DNA of 64,000 bases from positions 4,512,001 to 4,576,000 of the forward strand of contig OY970325.1 of the NCBI GenBank assembly GCA_963717145.1. Reading direction: 5' to 3'. How positions within the stretch are numbered: the stretch's first letter is position 1; each line of letters opens with the position of its first letter. The notes under the pieces were generated by a model. It saw nothing but the letters and a program-made list of their open reading frames with translations, was not told the origin of the DNA and did not search any database. The stretch is from an uncultured Armatimonadetes bacterium (lineage in GTDB: Bacteria > Armatimonadota > UBA5829 > DTJY01). This document shows, piece by piece, positions 18,471-28,138 of the stretch. The position numbers were made by a program, and so were the translations under genes.

Positions 18471-21017
18471 ATGAAACTCATCCCTTTGATCTTTGCACTG
18501 ACCATATCCGCCGTCGCGGCCCAGGATCTATCGAACGGCCACTTCCAACTTCATGCGCAGAATGGCTGGTTCGACGTGATGCGGTTCGATCCGTCCGGTA
18601 AGGGCAAGTATGGCGACAATCTGATCAAGGCACTGTACATCGGCGAGAAGCCGGATGGGAATCGCCGACTGGAGTCGCCTCCCACATCAGAGGGGAACAG
18701 CCTGTCCTTCCGCGGCCTTCCGGTCCGAAGCCCATACACGGTCGAGCACACCGACAGCTCGCATCCCTTCCAACTCACCCCCGGCACGACTCTCGGCGCC
18801 AAGTTCACGGTCAAGTCCGGGAAGATCACCCGCGCGGGCGGCAAGTTCCCGACCTGGGGCGAGCCCGATTCCGCCTGCACGCTCTCGATCTACCGCCTCC
18901 CGGACGGCGACATGGCGAAGAAGGAACTGGTCGTCGCCCGCAAGCTCACCGGCATCGCGGACAACAGCATGCGGTCGATCGACTTCGATCCGCAGCCCGC
19001 CGGGGTGTTCTACCTCGAGATGTCCGGGCACACGGGCAAGACGATCGGATGGTGGGGCGCGCAGAAGGACATGGACCCCTCGATGACCGCCATCATCGAC
19101 GGCAAGGAGGAGCCGGGATCGGACCTCGCGCTCACGTACTCCGGCTTCGATGAGGTCACCGGCGACTGGACCGTCACGCTGAACGCCGGCAACCTCAAGA
19201 GCACATTCAGCGGCGGAAATGTGCCACTCGTGATCGTAACGCCCTGGGAGAAGGCCGGCTACGATCTCTCCAAGTTCCCGTTCAGCCGGTTCTACACCGA
19301 TACCGGCCGACACGTGATCCCGCAGCAGTGGAAGCGCAGGCCGTCGAACGGCATCCAGCACGGCAACTGGGTCTATGCCATGGGGAAGAAGAACTACGAT
19401 CTGCGGTTCAACCTCAACGGACAGCATCTCTCCTGGGAGTTCACCGACGACGAAGCGCGGTGGAAGTTCGACCTCTCGGCTCTCGACATCGACCTCCTCC
19501 CGCACACGGATGCGCTCCCCAACTACTATCCCGTCTTCTACTCGTCCGACAAGAAGACCACCGATGTGGTGAACGAGTTCTACTACAGCCATGGTCTCAA
19601 CTTCGGGGTCGGTACTCCGCCGGACTGGAAGGAATGGCAGGCGCTCATCCTCGACTGGACCGACAGCCCGCAGACCGTGGAGCAGCGCGGTCACTTCACC
19701 GGTGTCCAGATGCGCGACGACGGGTACGTCCGATCCTGGGGCGCGGACGACGGCTGGCCGTTCCCCTACAAGGACGAGGACAAGGACGGCAAGAACGACT
19801 ACGATACGCGCCACTTCACGACCAACTCATGCATCATCCTCGGCGCATACCGATACTTCGTCTGGAAGCGGGATGTCGATTTCCTCAAGGAGATGATGCC
19901 GAAACTCCGTCTGATGAACGAGTTCAACCTGAACGACCTTCACGGCAGGGACGGCATCATCGTGATCGACGCCAAGGGTCACGAGGGCAGGCACGACGGC
20001 ATCGGGAGCAACTACTGGGACATCCTGCCGTTCGGGTACAAGGACGCCTTCTGCAACTCCTACTACTATGCGTCGCTCAAGGCGATGGGCGACCTCGAGC
20101 AGTTCTGTATCGACCAGGGGCTCGATCTCCCCGGCGAGAAGCGGACTCCCGCGTTCTACACTAAGCTCCGCGACCGGGTCCGGCTCTCATACAATCGGAC
20201 GTTCTGGGATGACGCCAAGGGCCGATACGTCGGCTGCGTCGATATCGACGGCGTGAAGCACGACTACGGCTTCACCTTCGTGAACGTCGAGGCGATGGCC
20301 TACGACCTTGCGGACAAGGCGCAGGTCGAGCGGGTCTACAAGTGGATGGAGACCGAGCCGACCTCTACCGGCAAGCCCGACACCTACTCCGCCTGGATCT
20401 TCGCCCCCCGCGCGAACACGATCCACAACCCTCCCAGGGAGGGAAATCCGAAATCCGAAATCCGAAATCCGAAATCAGCGCCCCCCTGGTGGTTCTTCGG
20501 CTGGAGCGGCACTCCCTATGGCGATCAGTGCCAGGACGGAGGCGCGATCCTCTACACGTCCGGCTACGACATCATCGCCCGTGCGAAGTATCTCGGCGCG
20601 GACAATGCGTACAAGCGGCTGACCGAGATGCTTGGCCGATACAATATGCCCGACCGCCTGATGGGCGGCAACCCGCTCGTCACCGGCGAGAACTCGCAGG
20701 GTGGGGGAAACGGCGCGGGCTCGGTCGGAGTCGAGGGCGAGTTCCCCGAGAGCGGCCTCGCACCGGCGTCGTACCTCTACGCGTTCCTCGGCATCGACGC
20801 GGATATCACTGGGATGAGGATCAAGCCGAACCTCCCGTCGAACGTCAAGTATGCCGGCGTCCGAAACCTCTCCTACGCCGGCACGAGGTACGACATCAAG
20901 GTCACCAAGGACTCGGTCGAGATCACTCCGCTCACCGTCGTGAACCCGACCACCATCAAGCGCAAGCTCAAGCCCGGCGAGACATTCCTCCTCGCCCCGG
21001 GGATGGTGAACAGATGA
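18471..21017 (+). CDS. Secreted glycoside hydrolase, probable (alpha/alpha)6-barrel
   Basis: Signal peptide; SNYWDILPFGYKDAFCNSYYY, YNRTFWDDAKGRY; adjacent to sugar ABC genes; family not determined. Confidence 0.7.
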   Translation: MKLIPLIFALTISAVAAQDLSNGHFQLHAQNGWFDVMRFDPSGKGKYGDNLIKALYIGEKPDGNRRLESPPTSEGNSLSFRGLPVRSPYTVEHTDSSHPFQLTPGTTLGAKFTVKSGKITRAGGKFPTWGEPDSACTLSIYRLPDGDMAKKELVVARKLTGIADNSMRSIDFDPQPAGVFYLEMSGHTGKTIGWWGAQKDMDPSMTAIIDGKEEPGSDLALTYSGFDEVTGDWTVTLNAGNLKSTFSGGNVPLVIVTPWEKAGYDLSKFPFSRFYTDTGRHVIPQQWKRRPSNGIQHGNWVYAMGKKNYDLRFNLNGQHLSWEFTDDEARWKFDLSALDIDLLPHTDALPNYYPVFYSSDKKTTDVVNEFYYSHGLNFGVGTPPDWKEWQALILDWTDSPQTVEQRGHFTGVQMRDDGYVRSWGADDGWPFPYKDEDKDGKNDYDTRHFTTNSCIILGAYRYFVWKRDVDFLKEMMPKLRLMNEFNLNDLHGRDGIIVIDAKGHEGRHDGIGSNYWDILPFGYKDAFCNSYYYASLKAMGDLEQFCIDQGLDLPGEKRTPAFYTKLRDRVRLSYNRTFWDDAKGRYVGCVDIDGVKHDYGFTFVNVEAMAYDLADKAQVERVYKWMETEPTSTGKPDTYSAWIFAPRANTIHNPPREGNPKSEIRNPKSAPPWWFFGWSGTPYGDQCQDGGAILYTSGYDIIARAKYLGADNAYKRLTEMLGRYNMPDRLMGGNPLVTGENSQGGGNGAGSVGVEGEFPESGLAPASYLYAFLGIDADITGMRIKPNLPSNVKYAGVRNLSYAGTRYDIKVTKDSVEITPLTVVNPTTIKRKLKPGETFLLAPGMVNR

Positions 21018-22672
21018 GAACGAAGGCCGTCATTCTGAGCGCAGTGAAGAATCTGGCCCTGCCGAGACGCCAGATTCTTCACTGCGTTCAGAATGACAGC
21101 CTCCCACGCCGGTTCTCCTCCGGATCCTTGGCGGTCTTGGCGTCTTGGCGGTTCCATAGGCCCCAGGCGACTGAAGTCACGGCAACAAGTGCACGAAGTG
21201 TCCCTGCGGACACTGGAGATCCCAGTCCACGCAGGTGGACTTCGTGCATTTGTTGCCGTGACTTCAGTCGCCTGGTGCTCTGGCTCATCCTGACCACTCT
21301 CCTGCTCCCCGGCTGCTCCCACCCGCCTAAGGACACCCGCGTCCACCTGCGATTCAGCATCCTCGGCGTGAAGCAGGAGACCGAACTCGCCAACGCCCTC
21401 GTGAGGGGCTTCGAGGCAAGCCACCCGGGCATCAAGATCGATGTCGAACCGGTCGCCGGGATGGGCTACGACATCAAGCTCATCATGCAGTCCGCGTCCG
21501 GCACGCTCCCCGACGTGCTCTTCCTCGCCGACTCGCTCGTCCCGACGTTCACCAAGTACAACGTCGTCCGCGACCTGAACGAGTTCATCAAGGACGACCC
21601 CGAGTTCCCGATCGACGACATATATCCCCAGATGCTCGCCACCGGGATGGACAAGCAGGGGCGCATCTTCCAACTCCCCCGCGAGCTTGGCGTCGTCGTG
21701 ATGTTCTACAACCGCACGCTCTTCCGCAAGGCCGGGCTGCCCGACCCGCCGCCGGACTGGACCCACGAGGACTTCCTCCGCATGGCCCGGAAGCTCACGA
21801 TCTACGAGGGCGACCGGATGACCCCACCCCAGCCCTCCCCGCAACGGAGAGGGAGTCCACCGAGCAACCCCCTCTCCGTTGCGGGGAGGGCTGGGGTGGG
21901 GTCATCCGGTCGCATCATCCAATACGGGTTCACCGCCGGATACACGTGGTGCGGGGTCTATGCGCCGTGGGTCGCATCGGAGGGCGGACGAGTGGTGACC
22001 AAGGACGGGAAGTGGGCCGCGTTCAGCTCGCCGGAATCGATCAAGGGGCTGAAGAACCTCATCGAACTCGTCACCGTGGAGAAGGTCGCGCTTCCGCCGA
22101 ACCGGAGCATCACGATCCCCGGCGTCGATCCGTTCGCGGCGGGGAAGATCGCCATGCAGCCGCAGGTCTTCCCGCAGGTGCCGCTCTACCGGGCGACGAT
22201 GAAGGACTTCGACTGGGACGTTCAGGTGATGCCCCGTGGTTCGGTGAGGCACGTCACGAACATGGGCGCGGCGGGATACGGCATGTCGACGAACACGAAA
22301 CACCCGAAGGAGGCCTGGGAGTTCCTGAAGTACATCGTCAGCCGCGAGGGCCAGACGATCCTCGCCACGTCCGGCAGCGGCATCCCGTGCCTGAAGTCGA
22401 TGGCGAACGACCCGGTCTGGCGCAGGCCCAATTCCGCTCCCCCATCAACCATGAACCATCAACCATCAACCATTCTGAACTATGATGCCTTCATCGACTC
22501 GGTGCAGATCGGCATGGGCTGGGACGACTTCCTCATCCTCACCCGCCCCGAGGTCCAGGACGCGGTCAACCAGGCCTTCGAGAAGTCGTTCCTCGGCAAG
22601 GCCACCATCGAGTCCGCCTTCAAAGAAGCCGACGCGAAGATCAACAAGGTGCTGCGGGAGACGAGCGACTAG
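21014..22672 (+). CDS. Sugar ABC transporter substrate-binding lipoprotein carrying in-frame repeat insertions
   Basis: ATG overlaps the upstream stop (ATGA); lipobox LLLPGC; LPDVLF, MFYNRTLFRKAGL, KHPKEAWEFLKY. Confidence 0.85.
   Translation: MRTKAVILSAVKNLALPRRQILHCVQNDSLPRRFSSGSLAVLASWRFHRPQATEVTATSARSVPADTGDPSPRRWTSCICCRDFSRLVLWLILTTLLLPGCSHPPKDTRVHLRFSILGVKQETELANALVRGFEASHPGIKIDVEPVAGMGYDIKLIMQSASGTLPDVLFLADSLVPTFTKYNVVRDLNEFIKDDPEFPIDDIYPQMLATGMDKQGRIFQLPRELGVVVMFYNRTLFRKAGLPDPPPDWTHEDFLRMARKLTIYEGDRMTPPQPSPQRRGSPPSNPLSVAGRAGVGSSGRIIQYGFTAGYTWCGVYAPWVASEGGRVVTKDGKWAAFSSPESIKGLKNLIELVTVEKVALPPNRSITIPGVDPFAAGKIAMQPQVFPQVPLYRATMKDFDWDVQVMPRGSVRHVTNMGAAGYGMSTNTKHPKEAWEFLKYIVSREGQTILATSGSGIPCLKSMANDPVWRRPNSAPPSTMNHQPSTILNYDAFIDSVQIGMGWDDFLILTRPEVQDAVNQAFEKSFLGKATIESAFKEADAKINKVLRETSD
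21029..21097. repeat. GTCATTCTGA-family palindrome (copy 1, in-frame in CDS)
   Basis: GTCATTCTGAGCGCAGTGAAGAATCT...AGATTCTTCACTGCGTTCAGAATGAC; other copies near 52509 and 56505. Confidence 0.85.
21164..21274. repeat. Palindromic element (in-frame in CDS)
   Basis: CAGGCGACTGAAGTCACGGCAACAAGTGCACGAAGT...ACTTCGTGCATTTGTTGCCGTGACTTCAGTCGCCTG. Confidence 0.85.
21811..21912. repeat. Palindromic element (in-frame, mid-CDS)
   Basis: GATGACCCCACCCCAGCCCTCCCCGCAACGGAGAGGG...CCCTCTCCGTTGCGGGGAGGGCTGGGGTGGGGTCATC. Confidence 0.85.
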
Positions 22673-22675
22673 CTC

Positions 22676-23515
22676 TCACAGAATGATCAGATCAGAGGGT
22701 CTTCTGGGGCGCACGATCGGCTTCAGTCCGTCCGATACAAGCTCGACTGAGCTGATGCCGGTTACGACTGCCCAGCCTGGCTCCGGAATCGTATCGAGTT
22801 TCGAGGTATCGATTCTCAGCTCGTCGCCGACTGCACATGAGCCGTCGTTCAGAAGCACAAACGTCTTACCGCCCTCAATGCGAGTGCCCACAATCCGACC
22901 GAAGATTCGCACGAGAAGTCCGACGTTGTTCGTTCCCCAGGCGCTGACCCCGGCTTGACCTGGAGTGTCGGTCCCACCGACCGACTTACACTGCATGCCG
23001 AGCGGCTGAAGCATTACTGATGAAGGAGTGGCGAAGACTGCCGATCCCACGAGTCGTCGCTCGCCGTTCTCAGTCGCAAGCGTGCCGAGAACAGCGACCA
23101 AGTCCCCTTCGCCGACCGCCGGGATCTGGCCAGAACCGTGGTAGAACTGGATGCCTGAGGCGCGGTCTCCCTGCTCGATATAGATGCGGTCGTCGAAATC
23201 GCTGGGAGAGAGAGAGGTTGCATACATTGCAGGCATGTACACGTACGTCCCATCGCTAAGCCCTCTGAGCGCCGAAATCGAAGTAACCGAACCCGGCGTG
23301 CCGTACCAAAAGCCGATATAGTGCAGCCGGGCACTAGGGGGAGGGGCTGCAACCAGTCCGGCAACGGGCTGACCAACCGTTCCAACGATGGTGTGAGCGG
23401 CTGAGCTACTTGCCCCGCCCCCGGAGTTGACCGAGTACCAGTCTATCCTTGATGCATGACATCGCCCAGACATATTGATGACAAGAATCAGACATGCTAC
23501 CACTCGCCAGGCCAT
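22676..23515 (-). CDS. Secreted hypothetical protein with OB-fold-like C-terminal region
   Basis: Signal peptide, IDWYSVNSGGG motif, YIEQGDRASGI, NNVGLLVRIFGRI, VRPRRPSDL; GGAGG RBS. Confidence 0.7.
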   Translation of the reverse strand: MAWRVVACLILVINMSGRCHASRIDWYSVNSGGGASSSAAHTIVGTVGQPVAGLVAAPPPSARLHYIGFWYGTPGSVTSISALRGLSDGTYVYMPAMYATSLSPSDFDDRIYIEQGDRASGIQFYHGSGQIPAVGEGDLVAVLGTLATENGERRLVGSAVFATPSSVMLQPLGMQCKSVGGTDTPGQAGVSAWGTNNVGLLVRIFGRIVGTRIEGGKTFVLLNDGSCAVGDELRIDTSKLDTIPEPGWAVVTGISSVELVSDGLKPIVRPRRPSDLIIL

Positions 23516-23562
23516 AGCAACCTCCGCAGTTGTGTCGCAGTTCAGGGTTATGCAACACGCCA

Positions 23563-23590
23563 AGTATACCACAGTTCACAGGCCTGTCAA
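23563..23590 (-). promoter_or_regulatory. Sigma-70 promoter
   Basis: TTGACA-16-TATACT with extended TG. Confidence 0.55.
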
Positions 23591-23620
23591 CCTATCACAT
23601 GTCTGCCAGCCACAAAAAGA

Positions 23621-23649
23621 TTGACAATTTGGTCAGGATAGCCTACAAT
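23621..23649 (+). promoter_or_regulatory. Sigma-70 promoter of the fibre operon
   Basis: TTGACA-17-TACAAT. Confidence 0.65.
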
Positions 23650-23727
23650 AGGGGCTAGTCACCCGCCGCTTTCTCCCAGGGCAGGGCTGATCTCTTCGGT
23701 ACACCGCCGAGATTCAAGGAGGTCGTT

Positions 23728-25419
23728 GTGAAAGCAAAGTGGATGTCTCTTGCCTGTCTGGTCTGCCTGATCCTCGCCGTCGCTTGTTCTGCATTCGGTC
23801 AGGTTCCCCGCACCGTTTCCTACCAGGGCCGACTGACGAACGACACCGGCACTCCCCTCGATGGCACGTATTCCATCACCTTCAGCCTCTATGATGTTGC
23901 CACCGGAGGCACGGCCCTGTGGTCGGAGACAAAGGACATTGCTGTCTCCCAGGGGCTGTTCTCAACGGCTCTTGGAGACACTGCGCCTTTTGGGAACTCG
24001 GTGAAGTTTGACAATCAGTACTTCCTTGGAGTAAAGGTCGGCGATAGTTCGGAGATGACTCCCCGCCAGGCACTCCAGAGCGCACCGTATGCGCTTGCCC
24101 TTCCATACATTACAGCCATAGATGGCAACGTAGGAATACTGACCACGAACCCGCGACAGACGCTTGATGTAAGCGGCAGGTGCATCGCCAACGGGTTCTC
24201 CTTGAGATATGACGACCCTGGGATTCAGACAAGCTTCCTACTCTCCGCAATGCCCCCGAACTTGTCCGGCTCCACAGACGGCTGGAGGATACTTGGGAGG
24301 CCTTCGTATGACGGCGGTTCAGGAGGACGGCCGGATGTCACCCTCCTCCAGTGGTCAAATATCTATCCTACTGACACCGGCAGCCTTCTGCTCATGCCAC
24401 AAGGCGGTGGTGTCGGTATCGCTACAAGCCAGCCACGTGCCACTTTGGATGTCGGCGGCTCGTGCATCGCCGCCAACTATCAGCTGAGGTACGGTGATCC
24501 AGGGATTAGCACCGGCTTTGTCCTCGATGGATTGCCAGGGAACATATCCGGAGCAACCAATGGTTGGCGCATCAGTGGTCGTCCATCCTATCCCAGTGGC
24601 TCTGGCGACGGACCGGATGTGACATTGCTTCAGTGGGATAACGCATACCCCACGAACCATGGCAGTCTGCTCATTATGCCAGGAGGAGGAAACGTAGGAG
24701 TAGGCACGATCACGCCGTCAGCGAAGTTGTCCGTTGCCGGTGGGGACATTCGCCTGGATAGCGGCTTTAAGCTTTCCTTTGGCGGGTGGACAAATGGTAC
24801 GCAGGTGTGGGATGACACCAATGTCAACAGGACCGCCATCTGTGCACGGGCCAACCGCTTAGATATTGTGTCTCAGGACAACAGCGGTCAGATGGTTTCA
24901 TTCACGCCGGGAGAGATTCGCGCTCAGGTAGGTGACAAGCTTTCCTTCGGCGGCTGGACGCATGGCACGCAGGTCTGGGACGACACGACTGAGGGTAGGA
25001 CTGCGATATGTGCACGGGCCAACCGACTCGATGTAGTGAATCAAGATAACGGCGCTCAGATCGCCTCCTTCACCCCTGGGAACCTATCCGTAGGGTCCCT
25101 CACCCTCACTTCCTCCAAGCGATTCAAGGAGGATGTGCAGCCCATTGAGAGCCCGCTTGATCTAGTCAGCAAGCTTCAGGGCGTCAGTTACAACTGGGAC
25201 GAGGAGCACGGCGGGAAGCGTGACATGGGATTCATCGCCGAGGACGTGGCAAAGGTCCTGCCGGAGCTGGTCACCATGGAAGCAGACGGCAAGAACGCAG
25301 TTGGCATGGACTACACCCACCTCATTGCCCTCGCCATCGAAGGCATCAAGGCGCAGCAAGAGGAGATCGAGGCGCTGAAGGCACGCATTAAGACCTTGGA
25401 GCAGGCAGCGGCCAAGTAG
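23728..25419 (+). CDS. Secreted tail-fibre-like protein 1 with C-terminal S74 intramolecular chaperone domain
   Basis: Signal peptide, QVPRTVSYQGRL domain, GNVGIG-type repeats, TSSKRFKEDV...GFIAEDV...PELV, terminal coiled coil. Confidence 0.85.
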   Translation: MKAKWMSLACLVCLILAVACSAFGQVPRTVSYQGRLTNDTGTPLDGTYSITFSLYDVATGGTALWSETKDIAVSQGLFSTALGDTAPFGNSVKFDNQYFLGVKVGDSSEMTPRQALQSAPYALALPYITAIDGNVGILTTNPRQTLDVSGRCIANGFSLRYDDPGIQTSFLLSAMPPNLSGSTDGWRILGRPSYDGGSGGRPDVTLLQWSNIYPTDTGSLLLMPQGGGVGIATSQPRATLDVGGSCIAANYQLRYGDPGISTGFVLDGLPGNISGATNGWRISGRPSYPSGSGDGPDVTLLQWDNAYPTNHGSLLIMPGGGNVGVGTITPSAKLSVAGGDIRLDSGFKLSFGGWTNGTQVWDDTNVNRTAICARANRLDIVSQDNSGQMVSFTPGEIRAQVGDKLSFGGWTHGTQVWDDTTEGRTAICARANRLDVVNQDNGAQIASFTPGNLSVGSLTLTSSKRFKEDVQPIESPLDLVSKLQGVSYNWDEEHGGKRDMGFIAEDVAKVLPELVTMEADGKNAVGMDYTHLIALAIEGIKAQQEEIEALKARIKTLEQAAAK

Positions 25420-25428
25420 GTGGACGAT

Positions 25429-26522
25429 ATGATGAAAAGGAGGAACACAAGCATGTTACGAAAAGCGATACATCTCATAGGGATCGTTCTCCTGCTGACC
25501 CTGCTGGCGTCCAGTTTGTCGGCACAAGTGCCGAGGACGATCTCCTACCAGGGCCGTCTGACGAACGACACCGGCACTCCACTGAACGCCACGTATTCCA
25601 TCACCTTCAGCCTCTACGATGTTGCCACCGGAGGCACGGCGCTGTGGTCTGAGACAAAGGATGTTGCTGTCTCCCAAGGGCTACTATCAACCGCTCTTGG
25701 AGACACCGCGCCTTTCGGAGACACGATCGCTTTCGACCGGCCATACTTCCTTGGGCTCAAGTTGGGATCCGGGGACGAGATGACTCCACGCCAGCCGTTT
25801 CAGAGTGCACCGTATGCATTGGCATTGCCGGGGGTAACCGTGGACGCCGATGGCAATGTCATATTCACTGGCAGCACTCCAAAGCATATCATCTGCGATG
25901 GCGGGAGTGTAGGGATCGGTACAACAGCCCCTCAGTCGCGATTGCACGTAGCAGGTGGCGATGTCAAAGTGCAGAATGGTGGCAATAATGCTGGAGAAGG
26001 GGGAGCCGTATTTCTCTGCGCCAATCCCGGCTATGCGCCAGGCGCAGGCATGCAGTTCGGCTTGGAGTTTGCGGGCGACGGCGTCGATTCTGGATTCTTG
26101 CGATTTCTTACAAGGTCATCACATACTTCGCCGCTGGTCGAGCGCGTGCGCATAACAAGCGGAGGCGATGTTGTAATCGGCAATGCCGTCTCCTGTGGGA
26201 CACTCACCCTCACTTCCTCCCGGCGCTTCAAGGATGATGTTAAGCCCATCGGGAACCCCTCGATACCATCAGCAAGCTCCAGGGTGTGAGCTACAACTGG
26301 GACGAGAAGCATGGCGGTAAGCCAGACATGGGATTCATTGCTGAGGACGTGGCGAAGGTGCTCCCGGAACTGGTGACCATGGAAGCAGACGGCAAGAACG
26401 CCGTCGGCATGGACTACACCCACCTCATGGCCCTCGCCATCGAAGGCATCAAGGCCCAGCAAGAGGAGATCACGGCGCTCAAGGCTCGCATCAACGTCCT
26501 TGAGCAGGCAGCGGCTAAGTAG
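25429..26522 (+). CDS. Secreted tail-fibre-like protein 2 (S74); apparent frameshift near 26257
   Basis: Same N and C domains as paralogues; AACCCCTCGATACC here versus AACCCCCTCGATACC in paralogue 3 (one C missing). Confidence 0.8.
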
Positions 26523-28085
26523 GTGGGTGTTATGATCAAAAGGAGAAACATAAGCGTGTTACGAAAAGCGATACATCTCATAGAGATCGTTCTCCTGCTG
26601 ACGCTGCTGGCGTCCTATGGTTGGGCACAAGTGCCGAGAACGATTTCCTACCAGGGCCGTCTCACGAACGACACCGGCGCTCCACTGGACGGCACATATT
26701 CGATCACCTTCAGCCTCTATGACGTTGCCACCGGCGGCACGGCACTGTGGTCTGAGATGAAGAGCATTTCCGTTTCCCAAGGGCTGTTCACAACGGCGCT
26801 GGGCAGCGGTACGGCTTTCGGAGAGGCTGTAGGTTTTGACACGCAGTATTTCCTGGGGGTGAAGGTCGGCACTGGTTCTGAAATGACCCCTCGCCAGGCG
26901 CTCCAAAGTGTACCCTATGCGCTCGGACTCCCAGGCATAACGGTGAGCCCTGCCGGTCCGATCACTGTGGACGTCGCCGGTACGGAGTACAGGTTTCGAC
27001 CTGCTTCCCTGGACTTAGCCATGGTGCCCGGTTCGACTCACTATCCGTATATCTCCTGGTATGATGGCGACGGCAGTCGTGGCGCCTACCTTGGTTGGGG
27101 CACTAAGAACAGCTCACTTGGGCTGACAATGAAGGACGGGGTGACCTTCGATATAGCTGGATCGATGGACATCAACGCCTCTGGAACGAGATACCTGTTT
27201 CATCCGGGCTGGATGACCCTTGCGAGTGCACCTGGCTCCACCCATTACCCGTTCATCGATTGGCTTGACACCGACGGCAATCGTGACGCATACCTGGGCT
27301 ATGGGACCATGAACAGCGTGCTGGAGCTCGAGATGAAGAGCGGCCTTCGGTTCCAGATCAATGGTCCTGTAAGCGTACTAGGTGGTGGCAACCTTGGCAT
27401 TGGAACCACTCAACTGACAGACAAGCTAGTCGTGGATCTAGGTGCCGGCCTCCCAGACGGGGGAATCACCATCAAGGGCACGAGCACTACAGCCGGCGAC
27501 ATCGGACTGAAGATAGCGAACACAGGCACTGGGGGGCGCAACTGGTATATAGATTCCACCAACAACTCAAGCGGCTACGGCGGCGGCAAACTTGCGTTCG
27601 TACAAGGCATTGGGAACGCCCCGTTGATGACTTTGGCCGATAACGGCTGTGTCGGAATCGGTACGGCATATCCAGGCAGGACACTGGATGTGAATGGAGA
27701 TGTCTACTTCCATAGCAACGTACTCGCGGGTAGCGTATCGTGTGGTGTCCTAACCCTCACTTCCTCCCGGCGCTTCAAGGATGATGTTGAGCCTATCGCG
27801 AACCCCCTCGATACCATCAGCAAGCTCCAGGGCGTGAGCTACAACTGGGACGAGGAGCACGGCGGCAAGCGAGATATGGGATTCATTGCCGAGGATGTGG
27901 CGAAGGTGCTCCCGGAACTGGTTACCATGGAAGCAGACGGTGAGAACGCGGTGGGCATGGATTACGCCCACCTGATCGCCCTCACCATCGAGGGCATCAA
28001 GGCCCAGCAGAAGGAGATCGAGGCGCTCAAGGCGGAAAATGCGGCCTTGGCAGGCGAGATTGAGAAACTGAGGACCAGCAGGTGA
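26523..28085 (+). CDS. Secreted tail-fibre-like protein 3 (S74)
   Basis: Same N/C domains, distinct middle; TSSRRFKDDV. Confidence 0.85.
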   Translation: MGVMIKRRNISVLRKAIHLIEIVLLLTLLASYGWAQVPRTISYQGRLTNDTGAPLDGTYSITFSLYDVATGGTALWSEMKSISVSQGLFTTALGSGTAFGEAVGFDTQYFLGVKVGTGSEMTPRQALQSVPYALGLPGITVSPAGPITVDVAGTEYRFRPASLDLAMVPGSTHYPYISWYDGDGSRGAYLGWGTKNSSLGLTMKDGVTFDIAGSMDINASGTRYLFHPGWMTLASAPGSTHYPFIDWLDTDGNRDAYLGYGTMNSVLELEMKSGLRFQINGPVSVLGGGNLGIGTTQLTDKLVVDLGAGLPDGGITIKGTSTTAGDIGLKIANTGTGGRNWYIDSTNNSSGYGGGKLAFVQGIGNAPLMTLADNGCVGIGTAYPGRTLDVNGDVYFHSNVLAGSVSCGVLTLTSSRRFKDDVEPIANPLDTISKLQGVSYNWDEEHGGKRDMGFIAEDVAKVLPELVTMEADGENAVGMDYAHLIALTIEGIKAQQKEIEALKAENAALAGEIEKLRTSR

Positions 28086-28138
28086 GCTACAACTAGCGTA
28101 CCTACCTCAAGTCAGACCAGGTAACCTGGAGGCTCATC

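Noticed and set aside
20342-21013. N-terminal 224 aa of the 776-aa ORF
   Set aside because: Overlaps the glycoside hydrolase in another frame; the real start is most plausibly 21014.
26250-26265. Phase-variable frameshift in fibre 2
   Set aside because: C4 versus C5 in the paralogue; the run is too short for typical phase variation; probably a sequencing error.
23728-28085. Prophage tail region or diversity-generating retroelement
   Set aside because: The genes carry signal peptides; no phage structural, integrase or reverse transcriptase genes; no adenine-specific TR/VR pair seen.
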